A stretch of DNA of 63,960 nucleotides from Guillardia theta CCMP2712 (GCF_000315625.1 NW_005434666.1:124001-187960), one strand, 5' to 3'. Counted from the first letter of the stretch, positions 38,047-51,504 are shown. Notes: a model not told the origin generated them from the letters alone. A program made the numbers and translations.

Positions 38047-40403
38047 GAGGAGCAGGAGAAGGAGAAGGAGAAGCAGAAGCAGGAGCAGCAGGAGCAGCAG
38101 GAGCAGGAGCAGGAGTACAGCTGCATGTCCTCCCAGTGATTCACTCTCATCCTCTCCACCATCTCGTCGTAGAAGACGAGCGAGTGCTCTCCTGCCCTCA
38201 CCCCCGACAATCTCACGTCCATGGTCAACACCTGCGTTCCTGTGAGCAGACCCAATCTGTTCTCCTATTCCTCCTCTTGCTCCTCCTCCTCCTCCTCCTC
38301 TGCATCCCCCTCCTGCCCTCTTCGTGCCCTCGTCCTCCTCCTTCATGGCCATCACTTACGTCGCCATGAATCAAACTGCCCTCTTCTGGTCGAACGACTT
38401 GTAGATCGATAGACCCATCCAAGCCCTCCTCCTCATCATCATCATCATCCTCCTCACGGTGTTCTGACCCTGCCCCAAGTGCATTCAGCTCTCTGTCACT
38501 TGTCTCCTGGTCTCTTCTTCCTACCCCGTGGCCTCTCCTCCTCCGCAAGTCTGCGCACAAGCACATAGCCAAGGTAGCTCAGCTCGTTCGGAGCGCTCTG
38601 CTGGATAATCTCGAAGCCGTGGCTGAGGAGGAAGCTAAGGGCTCGACCTACAGCAAACTCTGATGAGCTGAAGGGACGAGAGGAGGAGCAAGGAGCAAGG
38701 AGCAAGGAGCAAGGAGCAAGGAGCAAGGAGCAAGGAGGGGAGAGTGGTGAACCTCCTTTGCCGCTATGATGCTTGAGCGATGCTGACGGCCAAGTGTCGT
38801 CAAAGAGGATGAAGCATCTGCATCCTCGTCTCTTCCTTGCACACATAAGTGGTCGAGTCACCTTTCCGAGCAGAGTCGCTCCACGAGGATGGCCTGAGCA
38901 GGAGGGAGAAAACAAAGTCAGCGAGGAGGAGGAGGGGACAAGGGAGAAGGAGGAGGGAGAGAGGGAAGGTGGTGCATGTCTATCACACCTGCTGGAGATG
39001 GATCTCCTGCGACTGCGAAGAAAGATTAATCATAAACGAGAGAGCGGAAGAAGAGACAAGAGGGTGTGAGAGGGAAGGACGGAGGGAGGGAGGGGGGAGG
39101 AGTGGAAGGGAAACGGGGGAAGACAGGGGGGACTGGAACTCCATTCAGATGCATGCATCAAATCTATTTTCCTTGAAGAAAAACTTTCCAATAATGCAAA
39201 TTACATCAATAATTACTCGTCAAACTCGAAACCACTGCCCCCCTCTCCTTTCCCCCCTCTCGCCCACTTCCTCACGTTCTCCGGCTTCAGCGCCTTCGAG
39301 ATCGCTGACAGGCTCTTCCCAAACATCGCCGCAAGCTCCGCCTTGCTCTTGTGTACCTGCGGGTCCTTGGAGTATATGCAGCCTCACGATCTCCTGCCTC
39401 TCCCTCGCCGACAGNNNNNNNNNNNNNNNNNNNNNNNNNNNNNNNNNNNNNNNNNNNNNNNNNNNNNNNNNNNNNNNNNNNNNNNNNNNNNNNNNNNNNN
39501 NNNNNNNNNNNNNNCTCCCTCCCTCCCTCCCTCCCTCCACACGATCAATGTCTCCCACCTCGGTAGTCCACGGGTAAGTCCAGTCATAGTTGTCCTTGCA
39601 CAGAGTCAGTCACGCCAACACCGCAGGAGCTGCGTCACAAGATACGCCAGAGCGATCCGAGAGTACTGTTGCGATCACGACATGTCAGGTGTCAAACTCA
39701 AACGCGTCCGCCGCATCTCACGTTGGAAACCGCCTCGAAGCTCATCCCCAGCCATCGTTCGCCCATGTCCTGTAGTTCAGCTTCAACGGGAGGAACATCG
39801 AAGAGAGAAGAGGGTCACAGTGCAACCTGATACGCACAAGAGCCGCACGTTGCTAACGCATTCTCGTAGCCTTCGACAGAGAAGTCGACAGAGTAAAAGC
39901 ATCGGTTTGTCCGCTGGACGAGAATGGTCAATGTCATTTCTTTCTGGGATCGCACCCTTCACGTTGGCAAGATCGGACAGGAACTTGGTGCTTCCTTCAC
40001 CTGTACGACATCTCAGACTTTCTCCATACAGGCTTTCGCGCTGACCTCTGTCGCTCCCTATCTCTATGAAACACCCATCATCGAGCTCTGTTATAATGTC
40101 AATTCTTACGTGCTGGCCGCGTTCAAGAATGGCAGCCTTCCACCTCCTGCTAGTTCCTCGAGCATGACGTAAGCTGATGCTCCTGCTTCGCTCGGCTGAG
40201 GGATCCCGCAGCACGACAGCCAAAGAATCAAGCATGCGGCACGGAAGGGCTGGAGTCTACATGCCATGACGTTACGATGATTCCTGGGCATAAAACGTGG
40301 AGAAGGAACATCTAACAGTTGTCTTGTCTCACCTTGTGACTGTCAGAGCTGGATGAGGCCAACATCTGCCATCTTCTTCGCTCATCGGTCTTCGTTCAGC
40401 CAT
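37398..40403 (-). CDS. Multi-exon class I SAM-dependent methyltransferase (Methyltransf_24-like) with uncharacterised extensions
   Basis: Spliced minus-strand reading gives motif-I-like FIEIGSDRG|EGSTKFLSDLA (~39960-40075), then IALAYL|DNYDW (~39570-39660), FILFDDTWP..GKG (~38755-38815) and ALSFLLSHGFEII (~38600-38645). ATG at 40403. Contains a gap; 3' end approximate. Confidence 0.6.
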
Positions 40404-40459
40404 GGGACTATCCTAAGCCGGTTCCCCGACAATGGTTTCAATGTTACAGATCTGTTACG

Positions 40460-40980
40460 ACGCACCGTGACCAGTGATCGGCGACCGTATCAGTGAAGTA
40501 TCGGACCGTGACGGCGGCAGTCGCCCGGCCAGTACGGTCCGTGACGGTACCCGGGCCGCGGCCCGTCCCGGGCAGCGGCAGGCCTCAGTGCCAGTTGTTG
40601 CAGGCTGCCCGGCGGTGACTCGCCGGCGCCTCGTTGGGCCGCCCGTGACGGCGGCCCAGTGGTCCCGGCGGCCCGGCCCTCGGCCCTCACTGTGCCAGGC
40701 CCGCGGGGCCCGGCCGGGGGCACACTGGCAGGCCAGCGGATCAGTCACGGCGGACCGTCAGGATTCGAGTCGCAAGGATCACGGTCCGATCACGGTCCGA
40801 GTCACACCCCGGGGACCGTATCATGCCTCAGTGCGACAGTGGCTTGAGTAGTAAACTCAGGTCCAAGTTCCTACTTAACTTTCCGGAGTCCCCGGCAATT
40901 GAGCCCGCCGGCATGTTCGGCCAGGCCCGGCACTGCCGCGGCAACTTCACTGACCCGGGTCTGAACTTCCGAAGTGACAG
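40460..40980. promoter_or_regulatory. CpG/CCGG-rich island in divergent spacer
   Basis: Very GC-rich, with repeated cggtccg/cggaccg, ccgtgac/gtcacgg and the tandem gatcacggtccgatcacggtccga. Lies between the methyltransferase ATG (-) and the peptide-gene ATG (+). Confidence 0.4.
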
Positions 40981-41117
40981 GCTGGTGAGTGCAGCGGCTT
41001 GTTCTAAATCGGGAAGAGAAGGATTGGGGGCAGCAGGTTGACAGTCAGAGACAATTAGAGAGACTCTTCTGCCCTAGTAGGTCCGCCACCCCTCACGGAG
41101 ACCCAGACCAGTCGAAC

Positions 41118-41914
41118 ATGGTGAGCATGCCGCGCCTGAGACGAGAGAGGAGGGGCGGGAAGAGGAGGAGGAGGGGAAGGAGGGAGTCAGCCTGACTCTG
41201 ATCGCTAGAGGGATCTAGAGTTATATTTGAATGGGGAGGTCGGCAGTGGCGGCATCTGAACGAAAGGAGGGCAACATGCAGTGCGGGGAGTAAGGAAAGG
41301 CACTGCGTTGCGGATGCGGGGGAGTAGGTTCTAGTGACTGAGGGTGAGGTGAAGAGGGGGAGTAGCCTTGAGAGGGGGATAGAATACACAGATTCTTCAT
41401 ACAACAACTGAACCATTTCACTGTTGAACCTTTTTTTTCATTCGCCCTGACATTTGCTGCAGTTTGCTTTGGTGAGTTGCGTGTATTTCAACAAGGGTCT
41501 TCTTTGCTGCTTTCGGCTTTCCACTGTTTCAAGATGATGATAGATCATCCAAAGATCATCAAGGATTTATTTAAACGTTTTCTTGTCTGACAATCATGTT
41601 TCCTCGCAGCTGAAACAGTATCACGGCGATGGAACTTGCAATGCCCTGCCCAAGTATAGCAATGTGAACCCCTTACCAAATACAAGATTGTAACAAGACA
41701 TATTTGTTTGCAGGTGGGAGCCGTCGTTCAATGCCGTAGATGGAAGTACTTCAGATGACTGCACCACCTTCCCTGATTACGGTGAACCAGGTAGGTTCAC
41801 TCTACAGACTTGAAAGTTGTCATTCATGCTTGTTTGCTTTCAGGACTGGGTTACGGCGCTAAGTTTGGAAGTGGCGAGCACGGCAGCCCTCTTCCTCCCT
41901 ACGCAACCTCATAA
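41118..41914 (+). CDS. Small (~65-70 aa) peptide gene with micro-exons
   Basis: Proposed exons: ATG|gtgag (41118-41120); cag|TTTGCTTTG|gtgag (41463-41471); then 41610-41653, 41714-41790 and 41844-41914. These splice in frame to MFALLKQYHGDGTCNALPKWEPSFNAVDGSTSDDCTTFPDYGEPGLGYGAKFGSGEHGSPLPPYATS*. The 5' exon assignment is least certain. Confidence 0.55.
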
Positions 41915-42156
41915 GCAAGAATGGTGGTTGAAGTTGTGAATTTAGATGAAAATCGATTTCAAGTAATGAAGAAATTGGACCACATTGGATCAGGAATAGT
42001 CCAGCGTTTTGTTGAGAGATCAAGTGTGCTGGGAGAAGTAACTATCACTGTGTGAGATCATACACATCAGCACACATCGAAGATCGATAATTCTCAAGAG
42101 AAAAATTCAAATTTCATTTACAAAACAAAATCAATTCATCAGAAGAACAACTATTA

Positions 42157-42805
42157 TTAACTTGCAGCAAGGGCATCCACGACGCTGCTGAATCCAGCCC
42201 CAGTTGTCCCCCAAACGATCGAGAAAGGTAAGCCAACAAGGAAGCACGACCAGAAGTACGCGCCAACTGGATATTTGTCCCCTGGGAAGCGGACGAGGCT
42301 CAAACCGTAGTTCTTCACACCCAGAGGAATGGGTGCGACTCGAATCGCACACATGGTCTGATGGGGTTTGACATGTGAGAAACTACTACAACATTCATGC
42401 AGTCTCATATACCTGGAAGGGTTTCTTCTTCAGCACGCCCAGATATTGCTCCAAAACCGACGGCATGCTCCAATTCTTGCCGAAGATTCTTCCAATCGAA
42501 AGCGCACAAATGCATCCTGCTGTCTTTCCAACAAGGCTTCCGAGTGTACCCCAAATCGGACCGAACACACATCCTCCGCAAACTTCCAACGGCGTGACGG
42601 GAAACGCTAAAGTGGTCCAGCACGTTAAGAAGACTATAAAACCTACGTAACCTAGAGGGTGCGATTCGAAATAGTTGAAGATCGCAACTAACAATTGTGT
42701 CTTACTGAACTGTGACCAATCTGCGCCATCTGCAGTTGTGTTGCTTGGACTGAGAGTGGGTATGTGGTTGATGGGAGCTGAATGCTCGACCGACATGGCT
42801 TTCAT
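42157..42805 (-). CDS. DedA/VTT (SNARE-associated Golgi, TVP38/TMEM64-like) membrane protein; 5' exons probably further upstream
   Basis: FIVFLTCWTTLAFPVTPLEVCGGCVFGPIWGTLGSLVGKTAGCICALSIGR...KPFQ|TMCAIRVAPIPLGVKNYGLSL...YFWSCFLVGLP matches VTT-domain motifs (G..FG...G, R..P.P...NY). Confidence 0.85.
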
Positions 42806-43839
42806 TGGTAAATCTGCAAGAGATAATCAGCATATTCAAGGTCATGGATCAGTTTCTTTTGGCCACTACTTCAAACCAGATACATGTGCACATTTGACAG
42901 AATATTCTCGATAAAAACTCTGCATCGCATCAAGGGTGAATAAAACGGATGTGAAGGCTTTTCTCAGTTGATAATTGGATGACGTTCTACTGACGAAACA
43001 TGGGCTACAATTAGAAAAATCTTGCTTGATGATCAAACCCCAACCTTTTTACATGCCTACTTGCAATGGCTATGCTGGGATCATTCCATATCCTAAAATC
43101 GGGAGGAAACCATACTTACAGATTCGACCTCTACATTTTAGCCTCTGTAGAAAACCAATGAGCAAATGCTAGCATAGTACATAACCTTCCTCATTCTGAA
43201 TTTCATGTTTCATAGCGTTTGCCTCTTACTATTCCACGATCACTTATTCAGGTTCTCCTATCTTGCAGCCTTATGCCAAAACATGCCATTGCATGCTCCG
43301 CAATTCCTTCTATCTCTAACCATGTATGTCCCTTACCGTGGTGTATCGGTGGGTGGGTGGTTCGGAACGGGGGTTATAGAAGCTTTGATTTTAAAGGGTA
43401 GGGTCATCACCTCCACCCCAGTAATCTCACGGTTCTAAAGGCAAAGGGACCCTACTACAGCATTGCGTTTTCTGCATGGCGAGGAATGAGGGGTAGGTGA
43501 AAGAGGAAGGGGTGACATTCCTACCCCCACCCATTAGTTTTGCCCCCTTTTTTTCTTATTAGGGTACGGGTAGGGAGCACCCCCAGTCAAATAGACCCCG
43601 CTATATTACCTAAAAACCACCCCTCCTTCAATATCATCTAGCAGACTGCTAGCAGTCAGGAATCGGTTTAGCAATTTTAGCCTGCCTGGTACCCCACCCC
43701 TTCATAAGTGGTCGAAAGTACCGGACATGACTCAACATGAACTGCAGTTTATTTTAAGATTAGCTCAATCAATTGAAACCAAGAAAAAAAGGATTCAGCT
43801 CGTAGAATTGTCAACAGGGTCCCCGATGGTTGACGAGCG

Positions 43840-44911
43840 ATGAAGTACGAGGAGTTCCAGTCGGCGGCCATGGCTTTCATGGCAGAGGCGAACGATCACG
43901 GTCAGGTGAGGATAATCTATACATTCGACTCAATCACGGGATATGGAGGGAGAAAAGGTAGAAGAAAGTGCTAGGCAGCACGTGGTGAACAATCATGAAT
44001 GGTTTTTGTGTTCATGCTACTGGGGATTGAGAGAGCATCGGGATATTTTGCCTTACTTAAGCATGAGATCATGATAAAATCATGTTTGTGCTGTTTTTTT
44101 AATTTTTTTTTTTTGGTGTAGGAGTGGAAGTGGGTCCCAAACCACCCCAGACCGCTTCAAAATGTTGGAGCAGACGATAGAGGATATCTTGCCCTAGAAG
44201 AAGTTTATAGAGAGCCTCTGGAAATTGACAGCACAGAGAACAGAAATGAATTGGACGACGAAGATTCTTGCACTTTTATTGACCCGTCTGTCATCAAATC
44301 GGAAACAGCGCAGCCGAATATGTACAGGTACCATGTGGTAAATTTCCTTGCTGTGTATCAAAACGAGTCCAAATGGTTTCCTACAGGTATATGTGGAAGC
44401 ATATCAGTGTCCTGTTCTCTTTCTGCAGGGAAAGAGCATCGACGGACGATTATTGGACACTGAGTACATCTGGCGGGACTGCTGTGGATCAATGTGAGTG
44501 GACCACTTTGTACTTCCAAGTGAGGTTGGACACACCAGGAACCACGAACAAAGCTGGCTTACTGACTCGGTGAAGCCTGACTCACTCTGTGTATTTAATT
44601 GCCTTTTCATGATTTCTTTTCATACAGTGCTTACCGACACCCGAAGAGCATCCCGTTACGGGCGAGCCGTTCCATTTTGTTCATCCGTAAGCGAAATCTA
44701 TTGCATGATCCACCATGGTGATGGAGAAAAACCCAGCTGCAGAAGCAAAGATTTCATGGACGCGATCATGCAAGCTTTCCTCCCATCCGTGCAAGAGCCT
44801 TGCACGCAATCCAACCTCAGATACTTCAAGCTCTGGCTGAGCGTCTACGGGCAAGCAGTTGGGTTGAGGCTCCCGCTCGCATTACACAGCTCCAACCCAC
44901 ATCCAACCTAG
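43840..44911 (+). CDS. ATG10: Autophagy E2-like conjugating enzyme Atg10
   Basis: MKYEEFQSAAMAF..|EWKW..GYL..DEDS..YRYH|VYVEAYQCPVLF..EEHPVTGEPFHFVHP|CRSKDFM..YFKLWLSVYGQAVGLRLP. The catalytic HPC is reconstituted across the intron at ~44688-44736. Confidence 0.88.
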
Positions 44912-45007
44912 AATGTTTGCTGATTGATTGATTCATTGATTAAAGATTCCCTCAATGTCTTATGCGACATGACAAAACTGAGACTGCAATCGACATAACC
45001 GCACAGT

Positions 45008-46140
45008 CTAGACGGTAGATTTGAAGTTGGTTGGCCTTCCTAAGCAAGGGTATTACAAGTCATCAGGGGTACCCTCTAGCGGCAGCATCGCACCTGTTCG
45101 GATAATGCAGGCAAACACGATGGCAGCAATCTCCAGCACAATGGGCAAGAAGCAGACAACAGCAACCCTATCATGACTGGTCATGAAAGTTGCCTTGGCT
45201 CACATCAGAAAGCTTACGGTGCACCGGCCTTGTTGAGGAAGTTCATCACACATTCCTTTCCTGTGATACCTGAACGAGCATGATCGTCACGAATCAAGGA
45301 AATAGATTGTGATTTCTCACAAGTGGACTTGGACGTGTCACAAGCGTAGTCGCCCGTACAACAGCTCGTCTGTGCAGCAGTGGCTGTCGATGTGCGAACG
45401 CACCCAGTATCAAAGCTGCAAAGTGGAATGTTGTAGGTGATGTTTGAGTTCTGTTGAAATGTAAGATTATCTCTTCTCTTGTTCGAGAGCAAATCATTAC
45501 GTCTGTCGTTTGGCCTTCATAGCAAGCAGGTGGAATTAATACATCCAAAGCCTTCCAGTCGAATTCAGTGTAATGATCTCTCAAGACGCCCAGCACAGGT
45601 CCCTGGATCTGGGCAGAATTGCCGCTGGAAATCGCAGCTGCAGCTGCACCTGTTGTGGCAAAGATTAGTCATACAGAAGGTTTGTAGCAATCGGTATCGT
45701 CTCACCGAATCCAATCTGAAGGATGATCATAAGAAGCACGAGGCAAATATACAAGTAGAGAATCATCGGTCGCTCTCTGATCGCTCCCACACAGCCAAGG
45801 ATCGAAATGAAGAATGTGAAAACCCCGACGACCACCAATCCGATCGCAGGTGAGGCGAAGACAACTGTTGGGATGGAAGCACGGCCTGGAGAAGTCGTGC
45901 AGGTACAACCTGCAGTCTCAGGATCTTTCACACACTGACTCTTGCAGTAATCATTCACGGAAGTTCCAAAACTGTTGGCTGAGCAAACATCAGCACAAAT
46001 CAAGATGAATGAACGCTCTCACCGTAGGTCAAGGAAACCGCACCAACACCAATGAAGATGAAAGAGAACAAGAGTATCAACATGTTGAGAACGAGAAGTC
46101 CTCGACGAGACGTCTTGTACTCACAGCAGAGGTTCGCCAT
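45008..46140 (-). CDS. Tetraspanin-family protein
   Basis: TM1 LLVLNMLILLFSFIFIGVG; TM2 GLVVVGVFTFFISILGCVGAIRE; TM3 ILYLYICLVLLMIILQIGFG; Cys-rich large loop (SCCTGDYAC..C..EC); TM4 VAVVCFLPIVLEIAAIVFACII. The GCxGA.RE signature is present. Confidence 0.85.
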
Positions 46141-48164
46141 GTTATCTAGCGGGATCTAACGAACCGAAACTACTTGTTTGGAGGTCTTAAGACAAACTGT
46201 TCAGGCGGTGAGGTCGTGAGCAGACAACAGACACGAGTATCTGAGAAGGATGGTAGGGTGGAGGAAGCGAAGGGGGAGGAGCAATGAGAGACGGAGACAA
46301 AGGAGAAGCGGACGGAGGGAAGGGGAGGGAGAGCGAGAGTGGGGGAAGAAGGAGAGGTGTGCCCTCTAGGCGATCTGGAAGAAAATTTGGTCATTGGGGG
46401 GTAGGGGTACCCCTTAACACCTCCACCGTACTAGGGTATGTGTGGGGTAGGGATAATACACATTGCGGTTCATGTGGTGGGGGTAGTGTGTTTTCAGTAA
46501 AAAATACCGGTGTTTACTATTCCAATTGACAATTTCAGGGGGTAGGGTATAAAGTATCCAAGGTAGGGGTGATGAACTATGGGTACGGTAGTGGCCAATG
46601 TAGAGGTAGGGGTACTGGAACTGGGCAGGACGGGGTGGTAGCGATGGGTGTAGCGAAATTCATTAATTGAATTTTATCCAATTCGACAAATACTCTTAAA
46701 GACATTCGCGAAATATTGCAGTAAACTATATAATTTTCATTATGAAAGTGACAATAGAATATAAATATTCTCATAGATTCGCTCCCCAAGTTAAGGCTGC
46801 CTGACGGTTTCGTCATCCCAATCCGCCTGTACCCTCTACCCCTACCCCGAAAATAAGAAGTACCCATCCTTTCTTATAACCCCATTGTTTCCTAAGAATC
46901 CCCTCTTAGAGAACCGGGTCCTTTTACTTATTCTCTTACGACCGGCCAAACTACCCCTTAGTCCGAAGAGTAGTACCCACCCCGGTGAAGCGCTACACTA
47001 CCAGAAGAAATTCTACATATATATATATCGACACAAATACATTCACATCTTGGGAAAATATTGTACCAAAAGCCACCTATTAGTCCTAAAATAATTTTTT
47101 GACGTCATATACAGTACGATTTAATATTATTTATAACTTGTGGTACAGATACCAAAAACTATATTTTATACACACCGCAGGGTGTGGTGGTCCGTACTGA
47201 ACGATCATAGGAGAGTCTGGAGGTAAATTGAAATATTTACATGTATATTTGAAATTTTGATGACAAGATATTATTTGTAGAAGCAAGACATGCCTTTACT
47301 TCACAAAAAGAAAACCCTAGACTTGAGCAAAATTGTCGATAACTTGAGGGGTGGGGTAGTAAAAAACAATCTCCGTTCCACCCTCAGGGCAGAGGAGCAT
47401 TGCCGCCGCCGCGTCCCGCTCGTGACGTTCTTGACGGTGTGACCTCCCCCTCCCTCTCCTCCTCCTCCTCCTCCTCCGACTTTCCTTTCATCCGTCATTC
47501 TTTCTCCACCCTCCTCGCCCAACATGGTCATATCCTGCTTTCTGAGTCTGTCTGATCCCACACTTCCAATGCCATCAATGCACGCACTGTCGCCCTTCCA
47601 CACGCGGTTTCCCTCATTTTCCTCTCCTCCTCTTTCCACCTTCCTCGGCCCCGTCAGAGCATGAGCATCTCTGCAAATTCAATCCACTTTTCGTTGGATT
47701 TCCTGTTCGCTGTGAATTGCCCTTCCGTGCATTCATCGAATGTTTTTAAGCCCCTTGGCCCTTCCCGCCTGCTACATGACCACCTCCGCACTGTTTATGT
47801 TCTTGCTCTGCCGTTTTTTTTGTGGACGTGATAGCAACACTGTTGCAATTTTTTTATTGCATATGTGGGTTGACTACCTTTCTATGCTGTGTGTTATCAC
47901 AAAGGTGATTCGTGGGAAATTAGTGGCCCGTACGGCAGAGTCGTGCCCTCAGTCCATGCTCGCAATCCTGATTTGTATTTTTCTGTACAGGGTCAAATCG
48001 TTGAAATCTAAACCAGTCAATTCATCAAGGGAAGCCTCCAGCGTTCCCTGGGACTCTCGGCCTCCCTCTTTCTAGACCAAGCTCCTTCTCACCAACTTAG
48101 CCTCAACTTTTCCTAATCCTCGACTCTCCTCCACGTCCGCCTTGATCCCCGTCCACGAACCATA

Positions 48165-49655
48165 ATGAGTGCGCTCCCTCCCCCCTCCGCCCCGTTCCCC
48201 TTCCTTCAACTATCAATTCTCCCCTCCTTACTTCCCTCAAAACCTTCTCTCCTTCCTCCCCTAACCTTTCCCCAAATCTTGCACCTGCAGGTGCAGGAGT
48301 TAAGAGGTCTCATGACGAGGCAGAAGAACAGGTTGATTACACAGATACTTGATTTGCTCCAAGTGACTGGATGTGTCGCAGGATGTCCTGGCCAAGAGAC
48401 AGGTCACTGGCGATGGGATCTCGAGCGGAGATGAGACGCAAATGGCGCTCAAGATTCTGATTGGGAACAAATCTGCTGGCAGCGTGATTGGCAAAGCTGG
48501 AGCAACCATCAACAGCATCAAGGATACCTCAGGCGCTAAAGTCAAAGTCTCTAGCAACTCAGAAACATTCCCTGGAACGGCTGACCGCATCGTCTTAATT
48601 TCTGGAAAAGTTGAAACTGTGCTCTCCGCCGCCAAAATGGTCATCTCAGAGATGTACAGAGATCCCAATTCGGGTCGGGTTCCCGACGACGTCAACGTAA
48701 TGCATGTTTCATTTGTCCTGGCTTGCATGTAATTCCTGTTCGGCAGGCGGTGATGACAGTCTCGATAGTGATCCCTGCTGCGGCATGCGGACTTGTGATT
48801 GGCAAGGGCGGCGAGAAGATCAATTCTTTGAGAGAAGAAACTCAAGCAAAGATTCAATTGCAAGCCAAGGACAAGGTTGCCATTCCAGGACTGAATGAGA
48901 GGATCGTCACGATCCAAGGAACGCTCCCACAGGCTCAGACGGTTTGTGCATGCAGTGTGCGGTGATAAATCTGATCTGGATTCGCAGGCAGTCGAAAAGA
49001 TAGTTCATCTGATACATGAGGATGGGAACATTCGTTACGAGAACCTTGGAACAAATTACGGAATGTCGGGGATGATGGGGAAAGGGCTTGGACAGGGCTA
49101 CGGGATGGGAATGATGCCCATGCAAGGTGCTGCGGCAATGTACGGTGGAATGCAAATGCCGATGGGCATGGACATGGCTTCGCAAGGCATGGGAATGGCT
49201 CCTGGAATGCCTGGGGTTTGTTTTTTGATATTTTGCAGCCTTGGTGTCTGAAACAGTTGTCAGGTTGTGCCAGGACAGGAATACTGGGGAATGAGTCAGC
49301 ATGGTCTTGGAACTGACATGCACACCGTCCTCAAGCTTTCGATCACCGATGATGCCGTTGGGCCTCTTCTTGGAAAGGGAGGCTGCAACCTCAAGGAATA
49401 CATCAGCGTCTCAGGAGCCAACATCAAGGTTTCTCAAAGGGTCAGTCCTTGGAATCGTGTGCATTGAGTGTCCTCATTCTACGTGCAGGGCGACACCATT
49501 CCGGGCACCAACAACAGGTACATCACTATCCAAGGTACTGCAGCTGCGGTACAGTATGCTCAACTGGTGAGTCATCCCTTCGACCTGGATGATTTGGTGC
49601 TAACCTGAAAGACAAGCTTGTTCTGCAGAAAGCTCCTAACGCAACGCCTGTTTAA
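48165..49655 (+). CDS. Triple KH-domain RNA-binding protein (NOVA/BTR1/PCBP-like)
   Basis: Three GxxG KH motifs: GSVIGKAGATI, GLVIGKGGEKI and GPLLGKGGCNL. FPGTADRIVLISG and PGLNERIVTIQG are NOVA-like. A G/M-rich low-complexity linker lies between KH2 and KH3. N-terminus splices as MSAGVKRSHDEAEEQ|DVLAKRQ. Confidence 0.9.
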
Positions 49656-49853
49656 TTTTTCAACGTTTTTGCTTTGAGGTCAGGCTCTGCAAGATACCGA
49701 TGAACTACGAGAGTGGGCCATGATGGTCCTGAACATTTGGATTTCAGCGTTTCAATAAATTACACGAAAATGTTTTTTCTTCTATCCTACACAGGCAAGG
49801 CTGGAGCGCACCATGATCAACGATCAGTTCTGCACTTTTGGCCCGATCGCCTG

Positions 49854-50818
49854 TCAGTTGATTGCTGCATTGCTGGTTCCATCGAGGATTTTGCTCCGGC
49901 GAAAAATATTGGCGGTTGCGAACGGCCGACGCTCATCCCAATGCACCGACTTGCATCCACGCAGCGACTCCATAGGCTTGGCCTTGCTCATGTAGGAAGG
50001 CTTGTGGCAATGGCGGTACGCCTCCACCGTGGAGTATGGATGGCGATCATCCCACGACACGTAGTAGGAGTCCTTTGAGTGAGTTCCACTGCGTGAGTCG
50101 TTGGAAATGAATCTTGCCCAAGCTCTGAGGTGTGCAGTGCGGCTGCAGTTGATTTGGAAAACCTGGTAGAGAGCAATCAATATTTGCAACAGACTAAGAT
50201 TGCTCATAGTCATGGTCATAGACCTGATACGATACTATTATTTCCCTTGCGCTTCTGACTTGCTCTCAGGCCCTATGCCAACATCCGGCTAGATCCCATC
50301 GCGGATCTTCATACTTCTTCCTTTTCTCCCCTCACACTCCATCGGTTCACTTTATCTTTTGCATCTTCTCAGTGTAATGAGCTCAACTATCTGATCCACT
50401 ACAGTACTACACACAAACAGCCGTGGCAAGATCCTCATTGTTGCTGCGTTAACTACAGATATCAAAATTCGTCCCACTCTGAGTTCGTCTGAATCCTGAT
50501 GCAGTATTCAAACCCTCCCTCACATCCATGTCTTATTCTCTATGAAATTATCTCAAATTCTGCTAGCTATCTTGCTCTCGTCATTTGCTTCCTTTTGATC
50601 TTTTTGCATTTTCCTTGCGTTCTGCTCGACTCGACACCCTCCCTCCTCCCACTCCTCATCAGCCTTTCTTTACACGTCCAATTTGAACAGCTTGCACTTC
50701 CCTTCGGTCCTGTACTCAGATCCTGTCTTGTCTTGTCTCCGTCTCGCTCCTCTCTCTCTCTCTTCAGTCCTCTCCTCCTTACCTTGAGATTCATTCCAGC
50801 AACAGCTACTCCCGCCAT
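49854..50818 (-). CDS. Hypothetical multi-exon protein
   Basis: Possible first exon MAGVAVAGMNLK|gtaag at 50818-50783 and an open, coding-looking segment 49854-50219 (two W-D-[DE]-R-x-P-[YF] motifs). No family recognised. Confidence 0.3.
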
Positions 50819-51504
50819 TCGTACAGAGGCCGCGATTGATTGTGGGAGAGTTGTTCGGCAGGCAGGGGTGGATACTTTGCAGGGTCCTGCAGGACCGGTG
50901 TAATTTACTGAAAAAAATAGGGTAATAATAGGAATATGAGTCAGTTGGGGGGTACTACACAAGTGCGAGGGGTCCAGGTGCTCCAACAGAATCGATCCCC
51001 ACCCATGCTCTCCTTCGATCTCATTACCCCCATCGTTCCCTGTAAATGTACCGGTACTATTGAGACAAATGAAGGCCCCACCCCCCAATCTCGAGGAATT
51101 TTTTTTTTCAAAACGTCCTGGTTGCGACTCCCCGTTTCCCTAACCCCTACCCCCCTCTTTTACCATTTATGACCCCACATTCCCCACCCAGAGAATCGAA
51201 CACACCCACTACCCCTGTTTCTTGTACATCCTTTGCCCCCTACGCTGCAACAAGAGTTTTTTGGTCCTAGGAACTTGTCATAGTTTCATATGACTACCTA
51301 TGACACAGATGTTGTACACGAGCTTGCACGACAGGGTGGGTGGTAGTATCTGAGGAATCCATTCTTTCTATTGAAAGGTCACACGATGGACCCAGTCCTA
51401 GAACATCAATTCTTGGTGAAAGGGTGGGGTAGACTACCCCAGGCATCCATCCGACCTGTGTACTATATATACCGGAGGTTTCCTTGTGGAGCCATGGGGT
51501 CCTT

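Noticed and set aside
40455-40851. Arg/Pro/Gly-rich ORFs in GC islands (also 60609-60971)
   Set aside because: Open only because of extreme GC content; no splice structure or protein motifs.
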